26,334 nucleotides of DNA from assembly GCA_033763455.1 (NCBI GenBank), contig JANRKO010000079.1, forward strand, positions 1 through 26,334, given 5' to 3'. This stretch comes from Polyangiaceae bacterium (lineage in GTDB: Bacteria; Myxococcota_A; Polyangia; Polyangiales; Polyangiaceae). Under the pieces are notes generated by a model that saw only the letters and a list, made by a program, of their open reading frames with translations, was not told the DNA's origin and searched no databases. Of this stretch, positions 6,396 to 15,603 are shown one piece after another. The translations under genes and the position numbers were made by a program. Positions within the stretch are counted from its first letter, which is position 1, and each line of letters opens with the position of its first letter.

Positions 6396-8888
6396 CTACG
6401 GCCGGGTGAGCTCGATCACGAAAATGGGCTTATCGGCTGGGATTTCGAGGGTGTTGCCTGAGATGGTGCCTTTGCCGATTTCCTGCATGTGCCAATCACG
6501 GAAAGTGTAGCTCATGCCACGGAGGGCTTCGGCCTCTACGGTAGCGCCAACGCGAGCTGTTAACACGGGAAGGCCACCCGCGGTAATCTTCTCGTCGTCG
6601 TCGTCATCTCCACCTTTCTTGAGATTCTTCTCGATCTTGAATCCAGTGTTGAAGCTGGTGCTCACGAGCGAAATCGAGGCGCGTTTGGCTGTAGCGAGTG
6701 GCTCTCCACCCGTGTAGAACACGAACGAGATGTACTTCTCTTTGTCCGTGATCGGCTCAAAAATGCCCTTAGGATTGACGATTTTCACCTGGCTCAAGGT
6801 GACGCCGTTGTTGAACTTTACCTCTTTCCCATAATTGGCGAGTAGGCCCGTAAAAGCCGCCGCGCTCGGGGATTGCAGGCTCAGGTAACCCTTCTTCCAA
6901 TCGAAAACAATTTCGTCGGTTGGGTTGTAGGGATTGTGGGTGAGCCTATCGGCGAAGGACACCACCGGGCCAATCACCTGATCGTCTTCGCGCGTGGGAT
7001 CGATCTGCAAGCGTACACCGTACTGGTAGACCGTCTGCAGCATATCCATGCCCTTCGGGCCGTACGAGCCGCCGTAATCCATGGAATCTGGATCATGCAG
7101 ACTCTTACGCCCAAAGATGAACTTGGTGGGGTTAGGCGCAGGCTTCAGCGACATACCGCGGAACATCGAAGAAGCCGCGCGCATCGTGGCGTTTTGCACT
7201 TCGTCGTACGTGAAGTGGTAACCCTGCGGGTGGCTGCCCGTGGTGATATCCATCGGCTTGTCGAAGGGGCGAGCTGCTGTGGCAACATCTTCTTCTGGGC
7301 TGAAGTAGTGCCAACAAATCCAATCCCAATCCTGAATTGCGGCGAGCGCAGCCAGGCGCAACGGGAAATCCGCACGGTATTTGGCCGGCTGCATGATCTG
7401 CGTTTCGTACGCTAGGTACGGCTTGCCCTCGACACGGTTGTGCTCCAGCCACGGCACACCTTGCGAAATGCCCGGTGGCTTCTGCAGCCAATTCACCCAT
7501 GGCCCACTGTTAGCGCTGATGCGCTCTGCATCCAGCGTCTTCAGCATGCGCTGCGTCTCGTTCTTCAGCTTATCCAACTTCGGCTTCTTGTACTTGGGGC
7601 CCATGCCGTTCACATAAGCATCATGAGCCACAGCATCTGCCTGCTGGTGCATGTATTGGCTCTGAATTTCGTAACCAATGCCCGTATCGTACACGAGCGG
7701 TGATAACCGGGTGCTCTTGCCCCATGTCTTAACGGCTGCCGCCATTCGCTGCTTGTGGCTCAGCTGCACTTGCAGCAAGAACTCGAGCACATCGGCACCG
7801 CGCGCAGGTGCGAAATCCGCGCGGCTATACTTCTGCTTCAACCCTTCAAGCGCTTTTTTTGCGTAAGGATTGGCATCATTCATCGAAGTGCTAGCCGAGG
7901 TATCCCCCGCCATCGGCGTCAAGATAACGGTACTCTGACCCAAGGTTTCGCCGGGAAGCACACCGGACCAAGCAGCCTTCAGCTTTTCATCGCTCCCGTA
8001 CTTCTTCTGGAGCCACGTGTTCCACTGCGAAATGAGCGCGTTTTTGAAGAAGCTTGGCAACCTCTGCCACTGCCCGCCCAACATGTGCATCATCCACCAC
8101 TCTTCATTCGAGAGCTCCCACACTGCCATCACTGGATCATCCGCCCAGCGTAGCCCCGTGTGTTTGTTGGTGTGCATCGCAATCGCTTTCATCCGTTGAA
8201 TGTGAAGCGCTTCGAGGCGAGGGTCCCAAGCGCGCGCCAAGTTGCCACGTAGGCCCATACCCTCATCGCCCGACTCCTTCACTGCCTTCTTCCAGGCTTC
8301 CGCTGTACTCGGATCTTCGAGCACGTTCACATCTTCAGCCTTAGCGTTGCCAACGTTGTTGAGTGCGGCCACCCAAATGCGCGAACCGCGCTTCTTCATC
8401 TGCGCGATGAAGTAATCCACCGAGTCCGCGTGGGAACCATCCCCCACCTGATAATCTTCGGTATTCGGCAGCGATTCCCATAGGCGATTGGCATTGAAGC
8501 CGAGGTCCTGGAAACGTTGCTGGAGCACGTCCGTGCCGTGACGAGCCGTTTCGATCTTCTTCTTCCGAACCTCAGCGCTATCGCCGTTTTCCAAGTGAGG
8601 CGTGAGGAACGTCTTGCCAATCACCGCCCAGAACCGCTGACGTTGCCCGGCCACGGTAAGATGCCCATCTTTGGCAATAACGTATTCAGAATCAGCGGGT
8701 AACACTTGAGCTTGCTCCTTCGGGGCGACGGGCGCAGCAGCTGCTTGTGCCGCAACGGCAGGGGCGGCCGGCGCCGCTTGCGTGGCCGTGGGGCCACAAG
8801 CAAAGCTCGATAGCGCAACCACAACACCACCTAGAGCAGCGAGACCTGGAAGGTTCGACCAACGGAGTAATGACTTCTTAACATGCAT
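6396..8888 (-). CDS. Secreted lipoprotein glycoside hydrolase, clan GH-A (GH5/GH42/GH148-like)
   Basis: Lipobox LSSFAC and Ala/Pro linker; GFNANRLW; TGLRWADDPVMAVWELSNEE (acid/base NE); WLQKKYGS..L..AW; candidate nucleophile in KPYLAYE; AIQDWDW. Confidence 0.75.
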   Translation of the reverse strand: MHVKKSLLRWSNLPGLAALGGVVVALSSFACGPTATQAAPAAPAVAAQAAAAPVAPKEQAQVLPADSEYVIAKDGHLTVAGQRQRFWAVIGKTFLTPHLENGDSAEVRKKKIETARHGTDVLQQRFQDLGFNANRLWESLPNTEDYQVGDGSHADSVDYFIAQMKKRGSRIWVAALNNVGNAKAEDVNVLEDPSTAEAWKKAVKESGDEGMGLRGNLARAWDPRLEALHIQRMKAIAMHTNKHTGLRWADDPVMAVWELSNEEWWMMHMLGGQWQRLPSFFKNALISQWNTWLQKKYGSDEKLKAAWSGVLPGETLGQSTVILTPMAGDTSASTSMNDANPYAKKALEGLKQKYSRADFAPARGADVLEFLLQVQLSHKQRMAAAVKTWGKSTRLSPLVYDTGIGYEIQSQYMHQQADAVAHDAYVNGMGPKYKKPKLDKLKNETQRMLKTLDAERISANSGPWVNWLQKPPGISQGVPWLEHNRVEGKPYLAYETQIMQPAKYRADFPLRLAALAAIQDWDWICWHYFSPEEDVATAARPFDKPMDITTGSHPQGYHFTYDEVQNATMRAASSMFRGMSLKPAPNPTKFIFGRKSLHDPDSMDYGGSYGPKGMDMLQTVYQYGVRLQIDPTREDDQVIGPVVSFADRLTHNPYNPTDEIVFDWKKGYLSLQSPSAAAFTGLLANYGKEVKFNNGVTLSQVKIVNPKGIFEPITDKEKYISFVFYTGGEPLATAKRASISLVSTSFNTGFKIEKNLKKGGDDDDDEKITAGGLPVLTARVGATVEAEALRGMSYTFRDWHMQEIGKGTISGNTLEIPADKPIFVIELTRP

Positions 8889-8943
8889 GAGAGTGCACGA
8901 AAGCTACTCGACTGCCGAAGGAAAGACAGTCCCCAAATGCAGT

Positions 8944-8969
8944 TCATCCGGCCAGATTCGGCCGGATGA
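8944..8969. terminator. 10-bp stem hairpin (terminator or operator)
   Basis: tcatccggcc-agattc-ggccggatga, a perfect inverted repeat between two minus-strand genes. Confidence 0.45.
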
Positions 8970-9046
8970 GTACAAACTTCCACAGGCTCCCACAGAAAAC
9001 CCGGTGCTCTATGAACGCCCGTGCCGCAGCATCGCCCGTGGCGAAT

Positions 9047-9516
9047 CTATCGGCGCCCACCGCCCGCGTTAATAATCGGAGCCGCCGAGCGCGAACCCGC
9101 GAGGGCCGTAGGATTCGGATTGATCACAAGATCCTTCCCACCAAAGTGGACGCGTGGACCCGTGCCACCTGTAGGATTGACGCTCCCCGGGCGTGCACCC
9201 GGCCCGATCCCACCTCGGATCTTAGATTCACCCGTTACGGGATCGTGACTCACTCGGGTTCCATCTGAATACGAAATCGAGCCATCCCGCTGCACCTTAC
9301 CTTCGTGCCCACTGGATCCGAGGCGCGCACTCGCGTGCCGTCGCGATAAACGAAGGATGTGCCCTCGCGCCTTGGCGCACTGGACGCCGCCTGGTTTGCA
9401 TTGGCCACCTTGAGGCCAATCCCAGCGCCCGCGTTCGCCTCACCCACGAAAAGAACCGCGCCGGCAGCAAGGCTCACGGCAAACAGAAAGTGACTCCAAC
9501 GACTTCGGCCAATCAT
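9047..9516 (-). pseudogene. Small secreted protein with two YxDGTRV repeats, frameshifted at ~9294-9303
   Basis: RBS-like aaaggaaacagg before ATG 9516; signal peptide MIGRSRWSHFLFAVSLAAGAVLFVGEANA. Repeat 1 (FVYRDGTRVRASDPVG) and repeat 2 (ISYSDGTRVSHDPVTG) lie in different frames joined at accttacctt. Confidence 0.65.
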
Positions 9517-9845
9517 CCTGTTTCCTTTCGGTAGTGCGGCACAGAAGCACCGCGGTTGCCCCAACCTGATACGCCCAAACTGTGGGACATGTTCCCGATG
9601 GCTGGCAAGCGAGGCCCACTTTCCCCAGGTTTCCGCCTCCAAACGCCCAGGCCACGATGATTGCAGAGCGCTGCCGGACTGCCAACTTCGATCGCGCTGA
9701 AGCTCAGGCCGCACGTTGACCAAACAGACCGAAGGAGTCATGTTCGCCGATTCAGATTAACGTCATAATGCGGATCGGCACGCGGCTGCCACGCCCGCGC
9801 GAGCGGTGGGCGGGTCTGAGCGGCAAAGATGATCCCAGGAACGCC

Positions 9846-9896
9846 CGCGTAACAGCGTCATCGGAACAAGCATGTCCGCGCGTCACAGCGTCATCG
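9846..9896 (+). promoter_or_regulatory. 18-bp direct repeat with 33-bp period (putative transcription factor sites)
   Basis: cgcgtaacagcgtcatcg (9846-9863) and cgcgtcacagcgtcatcg (9879-9896), 17/18 identical, in a divergent intergenic region. Confidence 0.5.
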
Positions 9897-9998
9897 AACC
9901 GTAACGTACCCTGGTACAGGCCTGTTCGTACAAATGTACGGGGGATCGCCGCCTTACCGAACCGACCACCAACCGCTCCAAAATCCCCGAGAGTGCCG

Positions 9999-10022
9999 AT
10001 TCGCTCACACGGGTGAGCGAAT
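9999..10022. promoter_or_regulatory. Perfect 10-bp inverted repeat (putative operator)
   Basis: attcgctcac-acgg-gtgagcgaat, ~100 bp upstream of ATG 10126. Confidence 0.4.
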
Positions 10023-10125
10023 TACAAATTTGTGTCTAGTGTCTAGTAAGTCGCAACGATAAGTTCCTGCCCAGGTACTACAATGTAGTTGACTTGCAGT
10101 GCCATCACGCGTTATCGCCCTCCCC

Positions 10126-10914
10126 ATGGTCACTCGCTTGAAGTTTCTTTTGGGTTCGGGTTTCGCGGTAACGTTCGCAGTTGCTGCTGTTCCCGCTTGT
10201 TCTGATGACACCTCTACGCGCCCGCTCGGCGGCGGGCCCGGTACCACCGGCGGAACGAGCTCTGGCTCCGGTGGCGCCATGGGCGCCTCAGGTGGCAACA
10301 AGGTTGCTTCCGGTACAGGTGGCGTCAGTAACGCCGCCTCAGGTGGCAACAAGGCTTCGGGCGGAACTCCCAACATCACTCCCGCTGCGGGCGGCAGCAA
10401 AGCGACCGGCGGAACGAGCAACGTGGGTTCGGGCGGCGCCAACAATAACAACAACACCGGCGGCAAAGCTTCGACTGGTGGAGCTTCGAACGCTAGCGGT
10501 GGCGCTTCGAGTGGAACTGGTGGTGGCGGTAGTGGTGGGCCTGCAGTCGGATCAGGCATGGTTAACTGTCCTGCGCCAACGGGCATGTCGGACTGTGCGA
10601 CATTCTGCAATATGGCGTGGGCCGACGCAGGCTGCACCGGCGAAGCAACTGCTAACGTCAATTGCGCAACGGAGTGCCCCAAATTCACGCAGGATCAATT
10701 CTGCTGCCGAATCCGAGCGATCGACCCGGACAATTCTCCGCTTGGCGATATCTCCGGTAGTTTGCGCGGGGAAGCTTGCAAATGGGCCGCAGGTCTTGGC
10801 TGCAACATGGAAATCCCAGCGGCGGAGGGCGACCCGGCAATCCCCGCCATGCCGGCAGCATGCGGACCAGCGGTTGCTCCCATAGACCCCATGTATACCT
10901 CGTGCCCAGAGTAA
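10126..10914 (+). CDS. Hypothetical lipoprotein: Gly/Ser/Asn linker plus a Cys-rich C-terminal domain
   Basis: MVTRLKFLLGSGFAVTFAVAAVPAC lipobox; GGxxASGG linker; ~115-aa domain with 12 Cys and an IDPDN motif; paralog immediately downstream. Confidence 0.8.
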   Translation: MVTRLKFLLGSGFAVTFAVAAVPACSDDTSTRPLGGGPGTTGGTSSGSGGAMGASGGNKVASGTGGVSNAASGGNKASGGTPNITPAAGGSKATGGTSNVGSGGANNNNNTGGKASTGGASNASGGASSGTGGGGSGGPAVGSGMVNCPAPTGMSDCATFCNMAWADAGCTGEATANVNCATECPKFTQDQFCCRIRAIDPDNSPLGDISGSLRGEACKWAAGLGCNMEIPAAEGDPAIPAMPAACGPAVAPIDPMYTSCPE

Positions 10915-10943
10915 AGAAATACAAGTTCTCATCCTACCAAACG

Positions 10944-10981
10944 CAAAGGGCCTCGGTCACACCAACCGAGGCCTTTGGTTT
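10944..10981 (+). terminator. Rho-independent terminator
   Basis: ggcctcggt (10949-10957) / accgaggcc (10965-10973) followed by tttggttt, 30 nt after the stop. Confidence 0.75.
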
Positions 10982-11087
10982 ATCCATCTATCAAAGCGCC
11001 CGGTCTCACCGCGCCCAAGCGGGTCACAAGACCGCTTACAGATACGCGTTTTGACTCCGACCACGAGCCCACGCTATCTGCCCTCCG

Positions 11088-11923
11088 GTGAGTCATCGCT
11101 TCGACTATCTATTGCGTACGGCGGGCGTAGTTGCATGGGTAGCAACGGCTGTTACTGGCTGTTCGGATGAGATCGTAAGGGGAGAATCCCCAGTCAGCCC
11201 AAACTGCTGATTCAAGTTCGGGTGGCGCACACACGACGGCTAACGGCGAATCTTTGGGTGGAACCGGCTCGCGCGCAATGGGCGGCAACTCGAGCGCTAG
11301 CGGCGGCCGAGCGGGCCTAGGCGGCAGCTTGAACTTTCCGGCAGGGGGCAAAGGCAACGCGAACTTGGGCGGGGCACACACGGAAGGCGGTTCGGCGAGC
11401 GACGGCAACACGCGCTTGCCATGCGGCAGCAACCCAGCAGTGGTAACTCGAACGCGAACTTCGGCGCTTCTTCAGGGGGCGCTTCTTCAGGGGGAAGCAC
11501 CAACACCGGGGGCCGGGTAAACCAGGCTCGACGATAGGATCAGCATCCTGCCCTACTGGCTTGGAGGCAGGCCGAACTTGTGAGGATTACTGCACGTCGT
11601 GAGGGCTTGATTTGGGATGCGTTGGCTATGCGAGCGTTGCAAATACTTTCGACTCTTATGGGAAATGCTTGAGCGCCGCCCAGGCGCACACCGCCGAGCA
11701 GTTCCGCTGCCGCATGGCAAGCATCGACCCAGACAATGCGTCGTCGCCGCTGAGTCTTATGTTTGATGACGGCTATCGCCTGTCCTGTGAATGGGCGGTT
11801 GGTCGCGCCTGTGGAGGCAAACTGTTCACGGACGGCTCAACGAGCTTGGATCCACGAATGCCAGCAGGGTGCGGCCCCTACATGGGCACACCAGTTGGCT
11901 ATCCGTGGCTTGGTTGCCCGTAG
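11088..11923 (+). pseudogene. Decayed tandem paralog of the 10126..10914 lipoprotein
   Basis: GTG 11088 gives MSHRFDYLLRTAGVVAWVATAVTGCSDE (lipobox); frameshifts near 11180, 11435 and 11515; in-frame TGA at 11600-11602. C-terminus EQFRCRMASIDPDN..SPL..CEWAVGRAC..MPAGCGP aligns with DQFCCRIRAIDPDNSPL..CKWAAGLGC..MPAACGP. Confidence 0.8.
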
Positions 11924-12019
11924 TCGTGTCCACCCCGGACACCCAACCGAGGGCATTGACCCAGAACCCTTTCGGGGGCAAATCCGCAACTGACAACGCC
12001 AGTGGCCGAAGGGGTCCCA

Positions 12020-13633
12020 ATGCCTACCCGAACACAGACATTCCGACGCCAAGGCTCACTCGCCGCCACCATTAGAGCCGGTCTGCTGCTCGGTCTCGTA
12101 GCCGCCCTCTCCGGCGCGTGCGATTCCGGTTTCAGTGACTGTGCCACAACGAAGACGTGCCCACCCCCAGGCAAGACTGGAGGGGCGCCTGGGCAGGAGG
12201 CTGCGGGTTCGGGGGGCGTTGCGTTCTCGTCCCCGGGCGGTACGCCGATGGGAGGCAGGCCAACGTCAGTTGGAGGTGCTGAAACCGGTGGGGCTGGACT
12301 GCCAGCTGGCGGGGTCGGCGGCAGCGCGATACCTCCCGGTGCGGGCGGCACCGGCGGATCTGCACCAGAGCCCGTACCTTCAACACTCGGCACGCTGGGG
12401 CAACCCTGCGCGCCTAACGGCTCCTATGCGTGCGCCGGCTTCGCTCAAAAAGGGCAGTTAATCTGTACGGATGGCAGATGGGCGCCCAACGGAACCTGCC
12501 CGGCCGGGAACAACTGCGATTCGAGCCCAACCAATGCTGGGTTTTGTGCCCCGGTGATCGCTGCTTGCACCGGGAAGCAACCTGGAGCCCTCTTCTGCGA
12601 AGGACAAAGTGTAGCAGCTTGCGGAGTTGATCTGGTGACAACCACAGCAGTGATGTCCTGTGTGAACCAGGCGTGTGTTGATGGGGCGTGTACGGGCGCT
12701 TGTACACCAACGGCCGGGAAATGCTTGGGCAATGCGGTGCAGACTTGCGATGCAACGGGCACGTGGGGGCTCGCTATGGAGTGCCCAGGCACTCCCCGAT
12801 GCACCGGTGCGGGAGAGTGTGTGTCCCCACCCAGTTGTTCAGGACTTCTCGCAAACTGCGGCGCTGCCGGGAACGTGAACTGTTGCGCAAGCCCCGCCGT
12901 TCCGAGTGGCACCTTCTATCAAAACAACGACCTTTCTTCGACTCCGGTGACTGTGCCCGCTTATCGGCTGGACAAGTATGAGGTGACGGTTGGGAGATTC
13001 AGGAAGTTCGTGGACGCCTATCGGCAAGACATGATTCCCGCTTACGCAGGAAGGAACCTAAACAACCCAAACGACTCCGGATGGGACCCGGCGTGGAACG
13101 CGCAACTGCCGGCCACAGTTGACGCACTCAAGACCGAGCTGCAGTGCGATGGGCTGTATCAAACGTGGACGGGCAATAACGACAATCGCCCCATGAACTG
13201 CACAACTTGGTATGAAGCTGAGGCCTTCTGCATTTGGGACGGGGGCAGACTGCCGGAAGCATCGGAATCGTATTTTGCAGCTGCAGGGGGCACCGAACAG
13301 CGCGTGTATCCGTGGGGTACGTCCGCGCCGGGAGCTGACGCAACCTTGGCGGTGTACAATTGCTACTATAACGCAACGGGACCGGGAACTTGCACCGGCG
13401 TGATCAACATTGCTCCAGTTGGTTCGGTGATAGCGGGCGATGGAAGATGGGGCCAGTCGGACCTGGCGGGAAACTTGATGGAGTGGTCCAGGGGCACCTT
13501 CGGCAGCTACCGTCGCCGGCACGGGGGAGACTATCGTTCCGGCGCTCCGTTGATCGATACCATCAGCTCTGAAACCGCCCCCCCAACGGTTCGCCTACCC
13601 TATCTTGGGTTCCGCTGCGCACGGCCTCGCTGA
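12020..13633 (+). CDS. Lipoprotein with Cys-rich repeats and a C-terminal FGE-sulfatase (SUMF1/EgtB/PvdO-like) domain
   Basis: Lipobox ALSGAC; YRLDKYEVTVGRF, RPMNCTTWYEAEAFC.W.GGRLP, YPWG, DLAGNLMEW, LGFRCAR. ATG at 12020 preferred. Confidence 0.88.
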   Translation: MPTRTQTFRRQGSLAATIRAGLLLGLVAALSGACDSGFSDCATTKTCPPPGKTGGAPGQEAAGSGGVAFSSPGGTPMGGRPTSVGGAETGGAGLPAGGVGGSAIPPGAGGTGGSAPEPVPSTLGTLGQPCAPNGSYACAGFAQKGQLICTDGRWAPNGTCPAGNNCDSSPTNAGFCAPVIAACTGKQPGALFCEGQSVAACGVDLVTTTAVMSCVNQACVDGACTGACTPTAGKCLGNAVQTCDATGTWGLAMECPGTPRCTGAGECVSPPSCSGLLANCGAAGNVNCCASPAVPSGTFYQNNDLSSTPVTVPAYRLDKYEVTVGRFRKFVDAYRQDMIPAYAGRNLNNPNDSGWDPAWNAQLPATVDALKTELQCDGLYQTWTGNNDNRPMNCTTWYEAEAFCIWDGGRLPEASESYFAAAGGTEQRVYPWGTSAPGADATLAVYNCYYNATGPGTCTGVINIAPVGSVIAGDGRWGQSDLAGNLMEWSRGTFGSYRRRHGGDYRSGAPLIDTISSETAPPTVRLPYLGFRCARPR

Positions 13634-13844
13634 AGAGTCCTGGCGGAACCGCAGAAGATGCCCGTGGTTTCCGGAGGATCCCCCGCAAGGGCACTTGAAG
13701 CGCGCCCGAGATCGAACTCAACCGTCCTGCATATCCGGCGAGAGTGAGGCATCCGTGCCGCGTGCCCAACACTTCGCAGAGCGCTTATGCGCGCTGCGAT
13801 TCCAGGTAGATGCGCGTCGACCCCATCTGTGTTAGCCTGGCGTC

Positions 13845-14390
13845 GTGGTCGGAGTGCAACATACCGGCTTTCGCCCTCTCAAGCGAGATGAGTACGCACG
13901 GCTCGTGGACGCTGGCTGCTTCGAAGGCGAGAGCGTTGAGTTGCTCGGTGGAGAGATTGTTGAGATGTCACCGCACGGCGCACCTCACGACGGTACTTTG
14001 GACATTCTAGAGGGCCTTCTAAAACAGAAGCTTGGCGATCGAGCCAAAGTACGCGTCCAATCCGCCTTTGCTGCTAGCGAAGATTCGCAGCCGGAGCCTG
14101 ACATTGCCGTGGTGCCAAGGGCGGACTATCGAACGGCCCACCCCGACAGAGCCTTCTTGATCGTTGAGATCGCTCACACTTCGCTCCAGCGCGATCGAGA
14201 GAAAGCGCTCATCTACGCCAAGAGTGGCGTGCCCGAGTATTGGATTGTTAACCTTGTGGACAAGGTGGTTGAGTGCTTTCGCACCCCCACCCTCACAGGT
14301 TATCAGACTGTAGATGTGGTTGATTCAGCAGGAACGCTTCACTGCAAAGAGTTCCCAGATTGTGTGGTGGTTGCTAGCGAAATTCTCTGA
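13845..14390 (+). CDS. Uma2 (DUF820) family PD-(D/E)XK putative endonuclease
   Basis: VELLGGEIVEMSP..H, PEPDIAVV, LIVEIA..SL..DR.K..IYA..GVPEYWIVNL. Confidence 0.92.
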   Translation: MVGVQHTGFRPLKRDEYARLVDAGCFEGESVELLGGEIVEMSPHGAPHDGTLDILEGLLKQKLGDRAKVRVQSAFAASEDSQPEPDIAVVPRADYRTAHPDRAFLIVEIAHTSLQRDREKALIYAKSGVPEYWIVNLVDKVVECFRTPTLTGYQTVDVVDSAGTLHCKEFPDCVVVASEIL

Positions 14391-14704
14391 GCGTGCCCGC
14401 GGGTGAGGTTCGGTTTTGGACACGATCCGTTAGGAGCCTCACGGATAGCAGTCCACGCTCGCAGGTCCCAATTGGCACTTTAGCGCTGTCGTTGAGGGCC
14501 TCGAGAAGGCAGAGAAGATGACGGGCGTGCTTGAGCGCCAGTTCCGAAACCATCCGATTCGGACGCACTTGAGCGTCAAGGCGTCAAGGCCTAGGTGATG
14601 AAGGCTGGATATTTTCGCGACCCCCCGGATTGCAGCCCATCGTTTCCGAGGCTCTCGGCCATTCCGCTGGATACCGACGAATTCGGCTGCTAGCCTTGAT
14701 CGTT

Positions 14705-14938
14705 ATGGGCAGCGACTGGATCGTCTCGGATGTTGGGATGCTAGGCGGCAAGCCGTGTATCCGAGGCACGCGCATCAGCGTGCAGTTCGTTCTTGAACTC
14801 CTCGCAAGCGGTGCGTCGCAAGATGAGATCCGGCGAAAGTACCCGCACTTGCCGGCCGAAGGTATTGCCGCCGCGATTCAGTACGCGGCTCAGGCCATGA
14901 AGAATGAAGTGGTCTGGGACGTGAAGTTGTCGGCGTGA
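14705..14938 (+). CDS. DUF433 family antitoxin
   Basis: GGKPCIRGTRISV..VLELLASG.S..EI...YPHL..E.I.AA..YA; ATG at 14705; 4-nt GTGA overlap with the next gene. Confidence 0.92.
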   Translation: MGSDWIVSDVGMLGGKPCIRGTRISVQFVLELLASGASQDEIRRKYPHLPAEGIAAAIQYAAQAMKNEVVWDVKLSA

Positions 14939-15324
14939 AACCGCTTGAGTTCCCGATCCTCACGGACGAAAACATCGATCCAGAACTTGCCGAGCGCTTG
15001 AAAAGCGCCGGTAGAGATGTCCGGAGCGTCCACGACGAAGGACTCGTCGGCGCACCGGATGTCGAGATTCTGGCGAGAGCTCATTCCCTTGGAAGAGTAG
15101 TGCTCACGCACGACAGCGATTTCGGCGGCCTTGCGATCCAAGCCGGGCAGCCCTACGTGGGAATCGTCTACTTGAGACCCGGCCACATAGAGTCGAGCTT
15201 CGTTTTCGAGATCATCGCTGCGCTTGATTCCGCAACCGTCGATCTCGGGCGTCCATTCATCCTGGTAGCCGAACGACGAGGAGATGCGGTACGCATCCGC
15301 CTTAGAGTTGAAGCTGAGCGATAG
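14935..15324 (+). CDS. DUF5615 family PIN-like toxin (VapC45-like)
   Basis: LTDENI, G.DV.SV, GAPDVEIL..A...GRVVLTHDSDFG; translationally coupled to DUF433. Confidence 0.9.
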   Translation: MKPLEFPILTDENIDPELAERLKSAGRDVRSVHDEGLVGAPDVEILARAHSLGRVVLTHDSDFGGLAIQAGQPYVGIVYLRPGHIESSFVFEIIAALDSATVDLGRPFILVAERRGDAVRIRLRVEAER

Positions 15325-15603
15325 GTATCCGTTGCCGGCAGGATTCCAGCGAACCTATTCGGCGCAGCCCCGGAAACAGCGCAAAGTCTGTGTCGCCAGC
15401 ACGACCAACAACTACGCTTACTGGGAGGAATTTTCGCGCATCAACGACCCCAAGCGGCCCGACGCGGGTCAGAGCGCGAGGATGATTATCCTTGTAAAAT
15501 TGATCTTAGAACTCAATATATACAGGATATTTTACTGCAAGGGGCTCCGGGGATCGCGTTGTGGTTGCAAGCTCAATTCTCCGGTACCTCCAAACTCCTT
15601 TAG

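Noticed and set aside
10013..10030. Resemblance of gtgagcgaattacaaatt to the lac operator (vector contamination)
   Set aside because: Partial match only, with no other vector sequence; it is explained as one arm of a local palindrome.
11600..11602. Selenocysteine or other recoded TGA
   Set aside because: It aligns with Ala, not Cys, in the paralog; the gene has several other lesions; TGA is a normal stop elsewhere in the window.
12020..13700. Complete diversity-generating retroelement
   Set aside because: No template repeat, reverse transcriptase or accessory gene is visible in the window.
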